Assembly: GCF_018977255.1 (NCBI RefSeq)
Contig: NW_024704742.1
Location: 92,258,001 to 92,322,000 of the forward strand
Reading direction: 5' to 3'
Origin: Callorhinchus milii
Lineage: Eukaryota
DNA length: 64,000 nt
Positions 38,879 through 52,073 of this stretch are shown here, one piece after another (position 1 is the first letter of the stretch; each line of letters starts with the position of its first letter). Below the pieces are notes generated by a model. The model saw nothing but the letters and a program-made list of their open reading frames with translations. It made no database searches and had not been told where the DNA came from. A program made the position numbers and the translations under genes.

Positions 38879-39951
38879 AACCTGCCTTACAAAAGGGCCA
38901 CATTATAGGACACCAGTCAGTGCTTCTGTGTCATCATGCTGCTGATTTATGTCACAGTTGACATCACTGCACTGTGTATGCTCTTGTGGTAATCGCTCTC
39001 GCAAACGTTCAAAGTGGTTCATGGGAGAGTGCTAAAGCTGGGAGGTCTTCTTAGTCCATCCACTACAGGCAGGAAACGCTCTGAGACACTACCCTGCGTG
39101 AAGGGCGCTATATATGTGCAAGTTGTTGTTGTTGAAACCAACCAGTCAGCACAGGAAGCCGAAGGTGTAATACACTTCCAATACAATGTTAAGAGTTGAA
39201 GGTACACCCATGTTATATACAACCCTACCATATACTGAAGTACAATATAACAAGATCAGACTGTAATTGGATGCCTGCCTCCATAAGTTCACCTACAAAT
39301 AGTGTCAATATGCAGTCAATCTTGTGAAACGCTTTGAGTTGTCCTCCCAATGTGAAAAGGGTTATTATCAAATGTATAAATTATACAGTTTATTTTAATA
39401 AGACCAGTCATGTATAAAGTAATTTTTATATTTGTCAGATGATGCAATCATCATGATTTTGGTACAGTGGCTCGATTGCTTTGGGAAAAATTATTTTTTG
39501 TTTCCCTCAGTTCACTAGAGTGCAGTGCTAACGTTTAATGCTGCAACAGTAATTATGTTGTCTTACCAAACAATATACCATTCTAGTTAACAATGAGCTC
39601 TGCAAGTTATGTTTACTGCTTTTGTTTGTTTAAATTTATATTTATATATTAGTTCTTGTACAGAATACATTTCACTCATTGGTAAAAATCCAATGAAAGA
39701 TTTCTATAAACTGGAAGTGCAACTGTAGACCTGTAAGGATTGTGCACAATAGGCACAAAGATTCATCGGACAAATTAAATGAAGTATTCTCCACCACCCC
39801 ACATCCCCATATAGCTTACTAAAAAAGTGCCTTTTTAATAAGCTAAATTATACAATAGGAGAAAGATGATCAACTGCTTGGAAAGTAGTCTTTTTAAAAA
39901 AAAAACTTATAATAAGACTGTCAACTCAAATACATTCTATTAGTAACTTAC

Positions 39952-40076
39952 TTAAATTTCTTGCCAGTTTTAGCCTGGGTTCCTCCATTCCACATGTTGT
40001 GCATCTCTTCATAAAAGAAGAATATATCAAGCTTCACATCATGAGCCTGGAAGGAAAGCTCCAGGCTATCTTCCAC
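39952..40076 (-). CDS. FKTN: Fukutin, coding exon 8
   Basis: [42 protein letters not shown]; cag| and |gtaagt; 125 nt. Confidence 0.95.
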
Positions 40077-40173
40077 CTGCAATGTACAGAAGAAAAAGTT
40101 CCGTCTAGGCTAATTTTGCATCGATTTATAGATCATTACAAATTTTAAAACACAAAGAATACATTTTATTCAC

Positions 40174-40307
40174 CTTCCCAAACTTGTGTTTAAGTGGAAG
40201 TCCTGCCTTCTGGAATGCCGGGATAATTTCAGGTGTGTAGTTCTTTATCAAAATTCCCAGGTCCACATCTTTACTGTAGGGGATGATACTGCATTGTCTG
40301 AACCACC
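40174..40307 (-). CDS. FKTN: Fukutin, coding exon 7 (LicD-type DxD motif)
   Basis: [45 protein letters not shown]; tag| and |gtgaat; 134 nt. Confidence 0.95.
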
Positions 40308-40357
40308 CTAAACAAGGCAGAGATGAGAATTTAGGACAGCAGTTGCTATTGCTCCAC

Positions 40358-43260
40358 TGTTGAAATACATTGACTATCAACAACAACAACAACAAGATTC
40401 CATTTATAGAGCGCCTTTCACGTCGGGAGGAAAGCTCCAGGCTGTCTTCCACCTGCAATGTACCAAGGTGCTGTACAGTTGGGTCAGGACCCGAGCAAGG
40501 GGGAAATGGTCGTGGGGAGGGAAGGGAGGGAGCGAAGAGGGGGTAGAGAGTCGAGAGGGGAGCTGAAGGCTCGGTCAAAGAGAAAGGTCAAGAGACCGGC
40601 CTTGAAAGAGGAAAGGGAGGAAGCAAGGCAAAGGCACTGGGGTATAGAGTTCCAGAGCATAGGGGCTGAAGGCCCGGCCACCGATGGTAGGGCGGTTGGG
40701 GCGGGGGATGTGGAGCAGACCGGAGCCAGAGGAACGGAGGGTACGGGCAGGTAGGTAGGGGGATAGTAGGTCAGAGAGGTAGGAGGGAGCAAGGCCGTGA
40801 ATGGCCTTGTAGGTGAGGATGAGGATCTTGAATTCGATCCTCTGGGGGATGGGGAGCCAGTGGAGGCGAGCGAGGGTGGGAGTGATGTGGTCCTGGTGCG
40901 GGACAGTGCACGAGCTGCAGAGTTCTGAATGACCTGCAGCTTGTGGAGGGAGGTCCCGGGAAGGCCGGCGAGGAGAGAGTTCCCATAATCCAGCCTTGAG
41001 GTGATAAAGGCGTGGACCAGAGTTTCAGCAGCGTGAGGGGTGAGGTAGTGCCGTAGTCTGGCGATGTTCCGGAGGTGATGGAAGGCGGTGCCAGTTGTGG
41101 TGCGGATGTGAGGGAGAAAGGACAGCTCAGGGTCGAACAGAGCATCGAGGTTCCTGACTGGCTTTGAGAGGTGGAGAGTGCAGCCTTGGATGCTGATGGT
41201 GTCAGCGCCTGAGGTGCGGAGGCGCTGACGTGAGCCAATCAGGAGGGCCTCAGTTTTACGCACGTTGAGCTGAAGAAAGTTGTCTCTCGTCCAGGACTCC
41301 ATGTCGGACAGGCAGGCTGTCAGGACATCGGTGGTCGTGGAGTTGAGGGTAGAAGAGGAAAGGTAGAGTTGGGTGTCATCCGCATACATGTGGAAGTTAA
41401 CCCCATGTCTGTGGATGATGTCACCAAGGGGGAGCATATAGAGGGTGAAGAGGAGGGGACCGAGGACAGAGCCCTGAGGGATACCGCACGAGACAGTGCG
41501 GGGGCCGGAGGAAAAGCCGTTTGTGGAAACAAAGTGAAGACGGTGGGAGAGGTACGACCTAAACCACTCAAGGACAGGGCCTTGAAGGTTGAGGTGGGAG
41601 GACAAGCGGTGGAGGAGGATAGCGTGGTCGACCGTATCGAATGCTGCCGATAGGTCGAGGAGGACGAGGAGGCAGAGGGAGCCCTGGTCGCAGATGGTCA
41701 GGATGTCATTGGTGACCTTGACCAGGGCAGTTTCTGTGCTATGAGCAGCACGGAAACCCGACTGAAGGGATACATTGGTATATTTCAAACAGCAACCGAA
41801 TGTTCCAGAAGGTTTGATAGTTAAATGGTTAAAAGTAGCTTTGCTGGATGGGTTGAGGTTAGCTTCTGATTACATTTCATATTTTCCTGGGAAGATATTC
41901 ACTCCGCTGAGATAATGAGCATAGATGTAAGAATAAAGGACCACAGAAAGAAAAGGCTGCAGTCTCAGACACCTGCCTATCACAAGGCTGGGAAACAAGC
42001 AGACTGTGGAAGGCTGTCCAGAAGTTGTCCATATGTCTCCCTCTGCAAAGCAGCCTGCGAAGGCTGGGGGCTATCTCTGTGACAAGGGGAGATGGAGTTA
42101 GAAATACATAAAAGATGTAACTTTGAAATAGTTGGGAGTTGTGTAGAGGGTCAGCACACTTCCCAGTGGAATTGATGTCAACTCTAATGTATCTATGTAT
42201 ACGTACAGGGGTGAGGGAATTTAGCTCCAGGAAGAAAGTGATCATTAAAAATAAGAGGCGGAATAGCGGGTAATATGGTTTTGGTTCTGTTTGCTAGGCA
42301 GAGAAGTAATAACAGTAATAGTGGTTGGTCCAGGGTAACCCAGAAGTCAGTTTAGGCAGTACGAGTTAGGTCCTGGGCTAATAGCTAGTTATGTCTGTTG
42401 AGTTTACCGGAGCCACTCTCTGCAATTTTGTGTACCATTGTCGGTTGAATATTGTTGTGTATGACTGGTTGGGTCTGAGGGTGTACCGAACCCCAGTCCC
42501 TGTTTAATGTTGGTATTACGAGTGTCAGTTGTCTGAGGGGTATGTCCAGGGGCTGATCTCTCCAGTGTATGTCAAGGTGTGATCCCAGGCCTACTGTTTA
42601 GCCTGGAGTACGAAACAGTGCCTGGATACTGTCGTCCCTGTATTGTCAGTACTACTGTTTGGTCTGGAGTACGGAGCAGTGTCTGGAATCATGTTTGTTT
42701 CGTATATCTGTGTTGTATTATTATTGTGTTGTATGTCATAAAGTTAATTATAGATCGTGAGCTTTACTGTTTCTTTTATAAGATAAACACTATACTCTTA
42801 CCACCGCCTGTCGAATTATTAACAAATTGACGAGCCAGCCAGGAGGGCGTGTATCCCGAGTCATTGTGATCGGTTGATCAGGCCGGGAACCCATAGGGTA
42901 AACCGCTCTAAGATAACAAATGTGTGTGTTGGGGGATTTGTTGTTTTACTGTTCTCCAGGTCAAGTCTGGAAAAGTTATTGCTTCACCACTTGCAAACTG
43001 GGTTTTGCTAGATCTCCAGTTCAAGTCTGGAAAAGTGTTACAGTTTGTCGTGAGTCCAGTGGTTTGAGCCAGTTCAAGTCTGGAAACCCGTTTACTCAAT
43101 TTTGTTTTATTGTCTTTCTTCATTGTTATCTCTCATTGCTTGCCAGTTCGAGTCTGGGAGGTACTTTAGCGTTGTATACATTATTATTTCATTATCATTG
43201 TATTGCTATTTGATATGTTTTTGCTGTTCACTGTTTTATAAATATTGTTGTTTCATTATG
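40358..43260 (+). mobile_element. ERV-like remnant: 5' LTR (interrupted by the L2), tRNA-Arg PBS and repetitive leader
   Basis: ...ttaaca (42824), aat, then TGACGAGCCAGCCAGGAG (42828-42845), which is 17/18 complementary to the 3' end of vertebrate tRNA-Arg(ACG); four ccagktcragtctgg repeats at 42955-43160. The left boundary (TGTTGA at 40358) is inferred; 41801 is an alternative. Confidence 0.6.
40378..41770 (-). mobile_element. L2 LINE, young and 5'-truncated (RT domain plus 3' end)
   Basis: ORF 40484..41788: [49 protein letters not shown]; (caa)n tail. Confidence 0.95.
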
Positions 43261-43275
43261 TATTAGATACACGTG

Positions 43276-43597
43276 GAGTCCTGTAGCTCAGTGGTTAGAG
43301 CACTCGCTTTGCAAGTGAGAGACCTGAGTTCAATTCCAGGTCAGGGCGAAACCTTGGGCAAGTTTCCTTACTCCACACAGAGCCTAATAATAATCCCTCC
43401 AAAAAAACAAAACAATAATAAATTGGTCATTTTCAATCTACGACTGTTTGTGGGACATTGCTGTGCGCAATTGGCTGCCGCGTTCGCCCACAAATATACA
43501 GTCAATTCACTTTACAGTGTGTTCTGTGAAGCGCTTTGGGACGTCCTCCCGACGTGAAAAGCGCTATATCAAATGCAAGGATTATTATTATTATTAT
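43276..43597 (+). mobile_element. tRNA-derived SINE, young full-length copy
   Basis: Same family as 38549-38878. Confidence 0.93.
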
Positions 43598-44090
43598 ATT
43601 ACTATTGGTTTTTCTGACTATAATTGTGTTTGCTATAATAAACCTTATACCGTGATAACTGTACTATGACCAAATTACTTACAAATTGGCTGCTTTTGCA
43701 GCTAATGATCATGTCCAAGGTACAAATGAATCCCTGGTAAAACTAGTAGTGCAAGCATTTTGAAGCAGTAGCACGAATAGATAAAATTTCTATTTCCACC
43801 CCACGTGATGGTCACCAACGATGATATTAACCAACTAAAGTGTTTAAAGAAATGGGAGATTGTCTGTTTCAGTATTTCAGCAATATTCAAAGCCAGTAGG
43901 GAAGGATAGAGGGAACACCCACTGAACTAATATTAAAAATTTCTGTGGCCATACTGTTTATGTTAATCATGATATTATTGGTAATGATGTGCTGTAATTA
44001 CAGATACTAATATTAGTTGAAAGGATTGATTTGGCGGCTGAGGTAAAAGGGAATCATGAAGATTCTGATGGTGATAGTGGGCCTGTGCTG

Positions 44091-44232
<142 letters not shown>

Positions 44233-44969
44233 AATCACTAAATGTCAAGTACTATGAAACCAATGGTGATACTTAGAACAATACAAAACTGGTGGAATAG
44301 CTCGTAGATGGATAATATGGGTGGTTTAATTTGCAGTGGATTATTGCTGGACCCACTCTGGAAGGCATGCAGACGCAAAAAACTCAACACATTGAAAACC
44401 ACATTCCCTAATCCTGCTAGATATGTTGATTGTAAGTATTTTCTTCAACTCTAACCTTTTTACCTCGTTACCTGTGTTCACGTCTTTGTCTTTTGCCCTT
44501 CTACTCTTTCCCTTTGGCATGTCAATTCCACTCCAGTGTATTTTATCTAACCTTTTCTTTGGAGTCTCCATTGATATCCCTCTACAGACATAAGTACCCA
44601 CTACTTCAAATAGCCATGCATCTCATGTTTCTCAAAATGCACATAACCGCCCACCTCCCACACTAACGTAAGTGCTATTAGAAAAAATAAGTTTTTAAAT
44701 CAATTTTTCTCATCCATATAGTCAAATTACTGATTTCAGTTCCCTACAGTCTCTGTTCACATTTGTTGTTGTTAGTACTTGATCTTTGAACACAGCAATA
44801 ACTTGTCCAGAGACTGAGACAAACTGCTCACACACTAAATGTGGCGCTCCAAACACTACAGTTCTCTTTTATCAAAGCCCGCAACACACTTATTGTATAG
44901 TTGTGCATTTTTCGGTAAACATGAACAATTCAGAAGGAATATGTACAAATGTGGATTTGTGTACTTCAC

Positions 44970-45099
44970 CCAAACAAGTTCCACTGCTGAGCCAGAACGG
45001 TATCCTGAGGCCATTTAATGTTTTAACAGCCAACTGAAGCAAATTCTTAGCCTTTTTACGAAACTCTGTGGCTTCTTGAGATGTGTCATCAGGGTAAAG
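44970..45099 (-). CDS. FKTN: Fukutin, coding exon 6
   Basis: [44 protein letters not shown]; tag| and |gtgaag; 130 nt. Confidence 0.95.
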
Positions 45100-45960
45100 C
45101 TACAGTGAAAAAATAATCATACGCAGGATATAAATATACCTCCTGCAATTCACAAATAGCTTTTACAAATGCAAATAGTACTTCAGGCCTAGAATGCAAA
45201 GTCATCAAACACCAAAGAAAGCACATAATATTGGGATGCACCAAGATTCAGTGCCAAATAAATCAACAAAAAACATACAATTCTAGTGACAATAATAAAC
45301 CAAATTAAGGTTATAGTAAAATAGGAGTATGGAAGTCATACAATTGGACAAAGCTGGACTTTTTTTAAGAATAAGGTGCATATAAAGGAAGCATTCTATT
45401 TAATACGGAGTCACACTCCACCTTTTGCACTGAGCCAGAAGACTCCACCACCAAATGTGTAACATGAATGGGACTCAGACACTATAAATCAAACCACTAA
45501 ATTCTGGCTTCAAGAGCAGTCCAATTCACACCGATCAGTATAAATGTGATTTGCAGTGAATTCCACTGGGCTAATCCCACTGAGCTCCGTTCAAAGTGCA
45601 GATGATCCAGGGATTATTTTTTCCTTATTGCAGTACCCAATAAAAGGTAGAAGAACCAGAGATCTGCTGCTCAAGCTCAGCTTTTGGCCTCCATGACTAG
45701 CACTGGATTTAGGCAGTAAAAAAAAACCTAGTTTCACGCATTTAGGTTAACATAACCCTGGACCTCTTGGACACTGAAATGTAATGGCTACGGCTGGTTC
45801 GTGCAATGTGAAATGTCACAGCCACCACTTGAGCATCACTTGCAGTGAACTGGAGACCCAGTATAAAAGCATATACTGACACGTCAGTAACTATTCTATT
45901 TTCATTATTCTGCTGATTAATCATTTGTTTGTAAAAAATACTTGATAGCTAGAGACTAAC

Positions 45961-46093
45961 CTGATAAAATGCTCGAGCTTCTTTATATCTGCACTCAATA
46001 AACTTGGACTGAGAAACTTCATCCAAAAAATGGGTTATTTTCTTAGGAATGTGAATTTCTAATCCATCAATTGAAGCTAGACGCAGCTCTGGT
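45961..46093 (-). CDS. FKTN: Fukutin, coding exon 5
   Basis: [44 protein letters not shown]; cag| and |gttagt; 133 nt. Confidence 0.95.
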
Positions 46094-46365
46094 CTGTAAA
46101 ACATTTAATATTAGCACAACACAGAATGTTCCCTTCCCTGTTAGGAATAAAGAATGACATTGTATTACGCAGTTATAGAAATAACAACAAATTATATTTA
46201 TACAGTGCTTTTCATGAAGGACGTCCCGAGGTGCTGATACTTGATAGCCATAGAGAAGAAAAAAGCCAAAAAAGGAAAAGGAGAAGCAAAAAAAATACAT
46301 CTTACGGTGCCACAACCAAATGGAGGGCATAACAACATTTGTTCATGTGTGATTCATTAGGTCAT

Positions 46366-46920
46366 TACAACAACAACAAATTGCATTTGTACAGCACCCT
46401 TCACGTCAGGAGGACGTCCCAAGGTGCTGGAGAGGCCCAGGTTTTCACCCAAGCTGGGTGTTGAGTTTGGGAGGGATGGAGGCCAAGCAAATAAGGGTTG
46501 GGTGTGGGGGGTAGATAAAAAACCGAAGGCACAGTTAATGAGAAAGGTCTTGAGACAGACATTGAATGAGTCGAGGGATGGGGCAAGGTGAAGGGACTCC
46601 AGATGGAGTTCCGGTGAGTAGTGGCAAACAAGCTGAAAGTCCGACCACATGTAGTGGAACGGTCAGGGCGGGAGACAGCAAACAGGCCAGTGACTGCTGA
46701 CCAGAGGGAAGGTTGGGGGCTGGGCGTTGATAGCCTTTCAGCAGGTCACAAAGTTACAGTGGGGTAAGATCGTGGAGGGATTTAAAAGAGGATCTTGAAC
46801 TCGTTCCTCTGGGAGACAGGGAGCTAGTGGAGCTGGGTGAGGATGGCGGTGATAGGCTCTCAGAGCCCAGGGTGGGAGACGACACAAGTTACAGAGTTCC
46901 TGATGCAAATTTCTTGATGT
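46366..46920 (-). mobile_element. L2 LINE 3' end, degenerate
   Basis: (caa)n tail; SFNVCLKTFLINCAF; aggatcttgaac (FKIL) motif. Confidence 0.75.
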
Positions 46921-46980
46921 GCGTCAGAGGAAATAACCTTATTAGTTTTACTGCATTGTCTTTAGTTTCTCTCTGTTAAT

Positions 46981-47306
46981 AATAATAATAATAATATTAA
47001 TCCTTGCATTTGATACAGCGCTTCTCACGTCAGGAGGAGGTCCCAAATGCTTCACAGAACACACTGTAAAGTGAATTGACTGTATATTTGTGGACGAACG
47101 CGGCAGCCAATTGCGCACAGCAATGTCCCACAAACAGTCGTAGATTGAAAATGATCAATTTATTATTGTTTTTGGTTTTGGAGGGATTATTATTAGGCTC
47201 TGTGTGAAGTAAGGAAACTTGCCCAAGGTTTCGCCCTCTGCCTGGAATTGAACTCAGGTCTCTCACTTGCAAAGCGAGTGCTCTAACCACTGAGCTACAG
47301 GACTCC
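46981..47306 (-). mobile_element. tRNA-derived SINE, young full-length copy
   Basis: Reverse complement of the 38549 family. Confidence 0.93.
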
Positions 47307-47724
47307 ACCGTTCTTCAAATTTTAAAATTACAGTATTTAAATAGTATTTCTAAAAATATATTTAACCTAATGAATAGAATTTTGTCTGTTCCCTCAAAAA
47401 CAGCAACCTAAATGGCACCTGGGGATGTAAAGTGCATCTCCTGCAGTGAACGTCACATACCTCATGCCAACCCACAAGACCCTAACATCAATGTAGTCTA
47501 CTTTTGGGGAACAGTTCCCACAGATCAGTATAATTTACTTCCAATTACCAGATGGAATCCCTATTTGTGAATCAGAGATTTTATTAATAGCCCAGTTTTA
47601 GACCTTATGGTCTAAACAAGATTATGAATGAAACAAAGATTACAGGCATTACATCTAATTTCTGACAACAGATCACAAACCCTATGTCTTCATTAAATGT
47701 CTGAAATAGTTTCTTTCCACTTAC

Positions 47725-48002
47725 TTGTCATAGGCTCCCGGGTGATGTCCAAAATGGAGCTTTCGAAAAGGCACAAATTTTCTGTCTGCATTTTGTTTGA
47801 GCCGTAGTTGCCCATGCCAAAGGTAGTTCCCACTCCGCTCATAAAATACCACAAGGTGGATGGCATGATTCTGCATCTTAAAGATGCAATGCAGTGGAAT
47901 TTCTGTGCCAGAAAGACCATCCATTCCTGCTAGGCGTGGATCCTTCCCATGCAGCTCCATCCACTCAAATCCTTCCTTCTCGGCTGCTTTCTTTAGGGAT
48001 GC
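47725..48002 (-). CDS. FKTN: Fukutin, coding exon 4
   Basis: [14 protein letters not shown]...[19 protein letters not shown]...[19 protein letters not shown]...[10 protein letters not shown]; aag| and |gtaagt; 278 nt. Confidence 0.96.
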
Positions 48003-48682
48003 CTTAAAGGATTGAAAGCAAAATAACAATTTGGAATAGACAAAATATTAAATATAAAAAACCATGGTGATCAATTAGGTAAAAAGCACTTGTGAAAAAA
48101 TATACATGGCCCAAGTGAACACATTTCTAACTCATAAGAAATATGTCCTCTATATGTGAAATTGTATATACACATTTTCATTTAAGGAGAAAACAGGCTA
48201 GAGTATTGGCTATCTTTATACACTAAGAATAATAATAGTAATAATATTTGCAGTTGATATTGTGCCTCATCACATCATTGAGACGTCTCAAAATGCTTCA
48301 CAGGATTTACTGTAAAACAGATCAACTGTGTATTTGTTCGCAAAACAGGACAGCTAGTCTGTGCATAGCAATGTTCCACACACAGCCAGGGAGTTACCAA
48401 TCTTATTTGGAAGATTGTTGGCCAGTACACCAGGAGAAACTCCCTTCGCTTCGCAAATAGTGCAATTAACATCCACCTGAACAGGCAGATAGGACCTCGG
48501 TTTAACGTCTCATCCGAAGGACGGCAGCGATTCTCCACTGCATTTTTAAAAAGGGGAAACTTTTTTAAGTAGAATAGCAATTACATACAACATACAATGG
48601 GAAACAGTTTGATAAGAGTTAAAGTTAAGTTCTTGGTTCATGTAGGAATTTTATTAGACAACACCTATAAAACTGTACTTAC

Positions 48683-48880
48683 ATTGTTTTTCCAAAATTT
48701 ATCCAAGAGTGCAAATGTAGTAAACTCTCTGGGAAAGCACAGGTATTTGCACTTCAGCCCACTGCTGCTCGTACTTTGCTGACGTTGATTTTCATTCAGC
48801 CGTCCCAAAACCAAAGGATCAATGAGATATAAAGGAACATTTTGGATAGAGACCATTTTGAGGAACTTTTTGACCACTTT
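48683..48880 (-). CDS. FKTN: Fukutin, coding exon 3
   Basis: KVVKKFLKMVSIQNVPLYLIDPLVL...CKYLCFPREFTTFALLDKFWKNN; cag| and |gtaagt; 198 nt. Confidence 0.95.
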
Positions 48881-50038
48881 CTGGTAAGAATAAATAGATT
48901 AAACACACTATTGTGCATTAAAAATCAAATGAAGATACACTGTATAATTCTGCAATAAATATAGTTGGGCTTTGTTTTAAATTAACAGAAATGCACACAG
49001 GATTGATAGACAATTACCTTAACACAGACAAAGGAATGAGTGGCACTCTGCTTGTTATACGAATGCTGGGAAAAAAAGCAGAAGTCCAGCACCTCTTCTC
49101 TCGAGTTATTTATCTTACTTTTCACTACATCAACTTCTATCTCACGACCAGAACTAATTATTTTTTAATACTCTTTTGGATTCTCAAAGAAATCCATTTT
49201 TTTGTAATACTTATTATTCACTGTACCAGTCTACTATAACTCCAGTATGAAGACTCTTTAAAATACCTTTAGGTCATGTCTTCCTTAGCAATGCAATCTT
49301 GTCTCCTGGTATACAAATGCTTCTCTGCATCTGCCCCATCATTTCCCTTCATCCCTTTTTTAACATCTAGTCATGTTTGCTTTAATATTTTCCAGTCAAA
49401 ACACACAAACGCTTTATTTTTTCTATATCTTAAATGATCTTGTGCTAATTCCATTTGATTTTGAGTACTGTGCTCGGATAACACTGCCAGCAATGTAGTA
49501 CAATATTAAGATTATAGATCTGTTATGCAGGGTTTATACTGCCAGAAGTAAAGCTGCCTTTACAGTGATGTGCATTCTGCACTTATATTGCCCATTTTGC
49601 TATCACGTGGACTCAAAGAAAATATAGATTTTAATGTTCAATGCACACAGCCCATGAAGTGTGTGCTTCAACATTATAATAAAATAATAATCCTTGCATT
49701 TGATATTAAGGAGACAATCCATATACATACTTACTTGGTATTTGTTCTGTTTCAAATATAGTATTTTCTACAATTTATAGACAGATCACTTCTAATATGA
49801 ACCAGGATTTCCATTACCATGGCATCAACAGGGTTAGATGTACTATCATCACCCGGATATGCACACCATGAGGACAGCAGATAGCATGTGCTGGGCTTGT
49901 ATCTAAGATTTTGTGATGAGTTTAATTTAAAATCTTAGAACTAGTTTCCACTAAAAATGCCTTACAAATTTTATTTTTAGTTCTTAAAATTCTTCCTGTA
50001 AAGGAGAAACATAGTACAGTTTTGAATGGTATACATAC

Positions 50039-50098
50039 CCAGTGCACACTGTCTTCCACATCGTAACTTGCTTTCAAATCAGAAAGATTGGACCCATT
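50039..50098 (-). CDS. FKTN: Fukutin, coding exon 2 (stem region)
   Basis: 60-nt phase-0 exon NGSNLSDLKASYDVEDSVHW between ttctttag| and |gtatgt; same size and NG...W ends as the human exon. Confidence 0.88.
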
Positions 50099-50964
50099 CT
50101 AAAGAAAAACAAGTGGTACACAAATTACCAAATTTGATAGATCTAAACAGATACCATAGCAATACAGGGACCAAAAGTGTCAAATGCTGAGGTACTAGGG
50201 TAAAATATACACATCCTTTTGGCCCTATACTTTTTCAGTATTTGACAACTGGTACTCTTGAGGCTTTCGGTGACCAATATGTATCCCACAGCAGTCTCTA
50301 GTGGCAGAAATAATTCTAGCACCGTGGTTTGCGTCATATTTATTATTGGTTTATGCCACATATACTGTTTTGCTTCAAGTCCTGCATCTGAGAACAATGG
50401 TATTTTGAACTATTGTAGTATGCACATTCAAAATTGTGCTGTTATTTTCTACCTTCCTATGTAAAAATCAAAGGTACAGTTGTGATAAGTCACAAATCAT
50501 AAACTGAATGAAAAGGCAGGGTAATGAACGGACTCTGAATTATAAACATAATTTTATCATCAAATTGTTTTGAAAAATCTCCCTCTCTCTTTGTTATTTC
50601 CTATACTGAGTATCGTATCAGGCCACAAGGGTGGAAAAGTGCCATGCTTTCTTAGTGGTGCTGTTTGCAAGACTGACTCTTCAGTGATTTCTTCTCTGTA
50701 AGGAAAAAATATCTGACCACTGCTGAGTACATTTCCATAATAGGGCAAATTCATTTTATTCAAAATGATGTACCGTTTAGTTATGCTGATCCCTCCTACA
50801 ACCAGGACAACATACAGCAATCTTTAAACTAAATTTAACTCATGTCCTAGCAAATTAGTGCTATTCCTACCACAGAGGAACTTTGTTTCAGCACACCTGG
50901 CTCGGACCAATAGTATAGCAACCATGTTACAAAGAAACTTAAAAAAAAGGCCAACTTCCTGGCA

Positions 50965-51255
50965 GCAACAACAACAACAACAACAAGATTCCATTTATAA
51001 AGCGCCTTTCACGTCAGGAGGACGTCCCAAGGCGCTGCACAGTTGGGTCATGACCCGAGGAGGGGGGAAATGGTCAGGGTGAGGGGAGGGAGGGAGCGAG
51101 GAGGGGGAAGAGAGTCGAGAGGGGAGCTGAAGGCTCGGTCAAAGAGAAAGGTTTTGAGACCGGCCTTGAAGGAGGAAAGGGAGGAGGCGGCGAAGGCACT
51201 GGGGGATGGAGTTCCAGAGCCTCGGGGCTGAGAGGCTGAAGGCCCGACCACCGAT
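50965..51255 (-). mobile_element. L2 LINE 3' end (same young family as 40378-41770)
   Basis: [18 protein letters not shown] and (caa)n tail. Confidence 0.9.
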
Positions 51256-51968
51256 GATGTTCTTTTCTGGGTGTTGAACACATGCGCTCTATATGCACAA
51301 AGAATCGCTGACGTCACTTTCTGCATGTTATGGGCAAGAAACACTGTATTAATCTATGCAAAAGCGCAGCATGTATAAAGTGACATCAGACATGCTCCTA
51401 CCCCACAAGAAGCGTCGTCAACAACAACTAAAAGCCAGCTGTTTTTAGCACAGAAAGCCAACTATCCAGGTGTACTGCACTTCTGGTTAGGGCAGGGACG
51501 CAGTAGACCTGCAGAGGTTAAGTGAGGCAGAGGTTTATCAAAATGTGCTATAAGGGGTTTCCCCATATTAGTCCTACCGTTTAAAAATGCATAGCTTTTA
51601 AGATACATAGCTTTTCAGCCAGATGGAAATTAGTAAAACTTAGAAACCCTTTCATTTTGCCCATAAAATATAGTCAATCAATTTTACAGTATATTCTGTG
51701 AAGTGCTTGGAGTCGTCCCGATGACGTGATAAGGCACTATTATCAGATGCAAGGATTATAATTATTTTTCGGTAGAAAACAGCCATTTTGTTGAACCACT
51801 AAAAATAACATTTATTTTTGAAAAAGGCTATCGCATGATAGTGTCACAAGTGACAAACAACAACTTAACGACAACAACAACTCGGATTTATATAGCGCCC
51901 TCCACGCCGGACAGCGTCTCAGAGCGCTTGGCAAAGGCAAAGGCAAAAATTGACAGTATAATACGTAC

Positions 51969-52073
51969 CTTTGATACAAAATATTGTTTATAGTAGTAAA
52001 GCTGAAATAATAGAAAAACTGAACTGGTCACAATGAGAAGGGTCAATACGATGGTCTTATTGATTCTGGGCAT
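51969..52073 (-). CDS. FKTN: Fukutin, coding exon 1 (N-terminal TM anchor); exon begins at 52102
   Basis: [35 protein letters not shown] resembles human MSRINKNVVLALL...LYYYK; donor |gtacgt; acceptor ttttcctag. Spliced CDS is 1377 nt (458 aa). Confidence 0.96.

Noticed and set aside
40126..40578. 150-aa ORF joining VEDSLELS to the FKTN DxD exon in reversed order
   Set aside because: Chance read-through of L2 tail, templated insertion and intron; not a separate gene.
42955..43160. Regularly spaced short repeats resembling a CRISPR array
   Set aside because: Eukaryotic context, degenerate repeats, uneven and partly similar spacers, no cas genes; better explained as an ERV leader.
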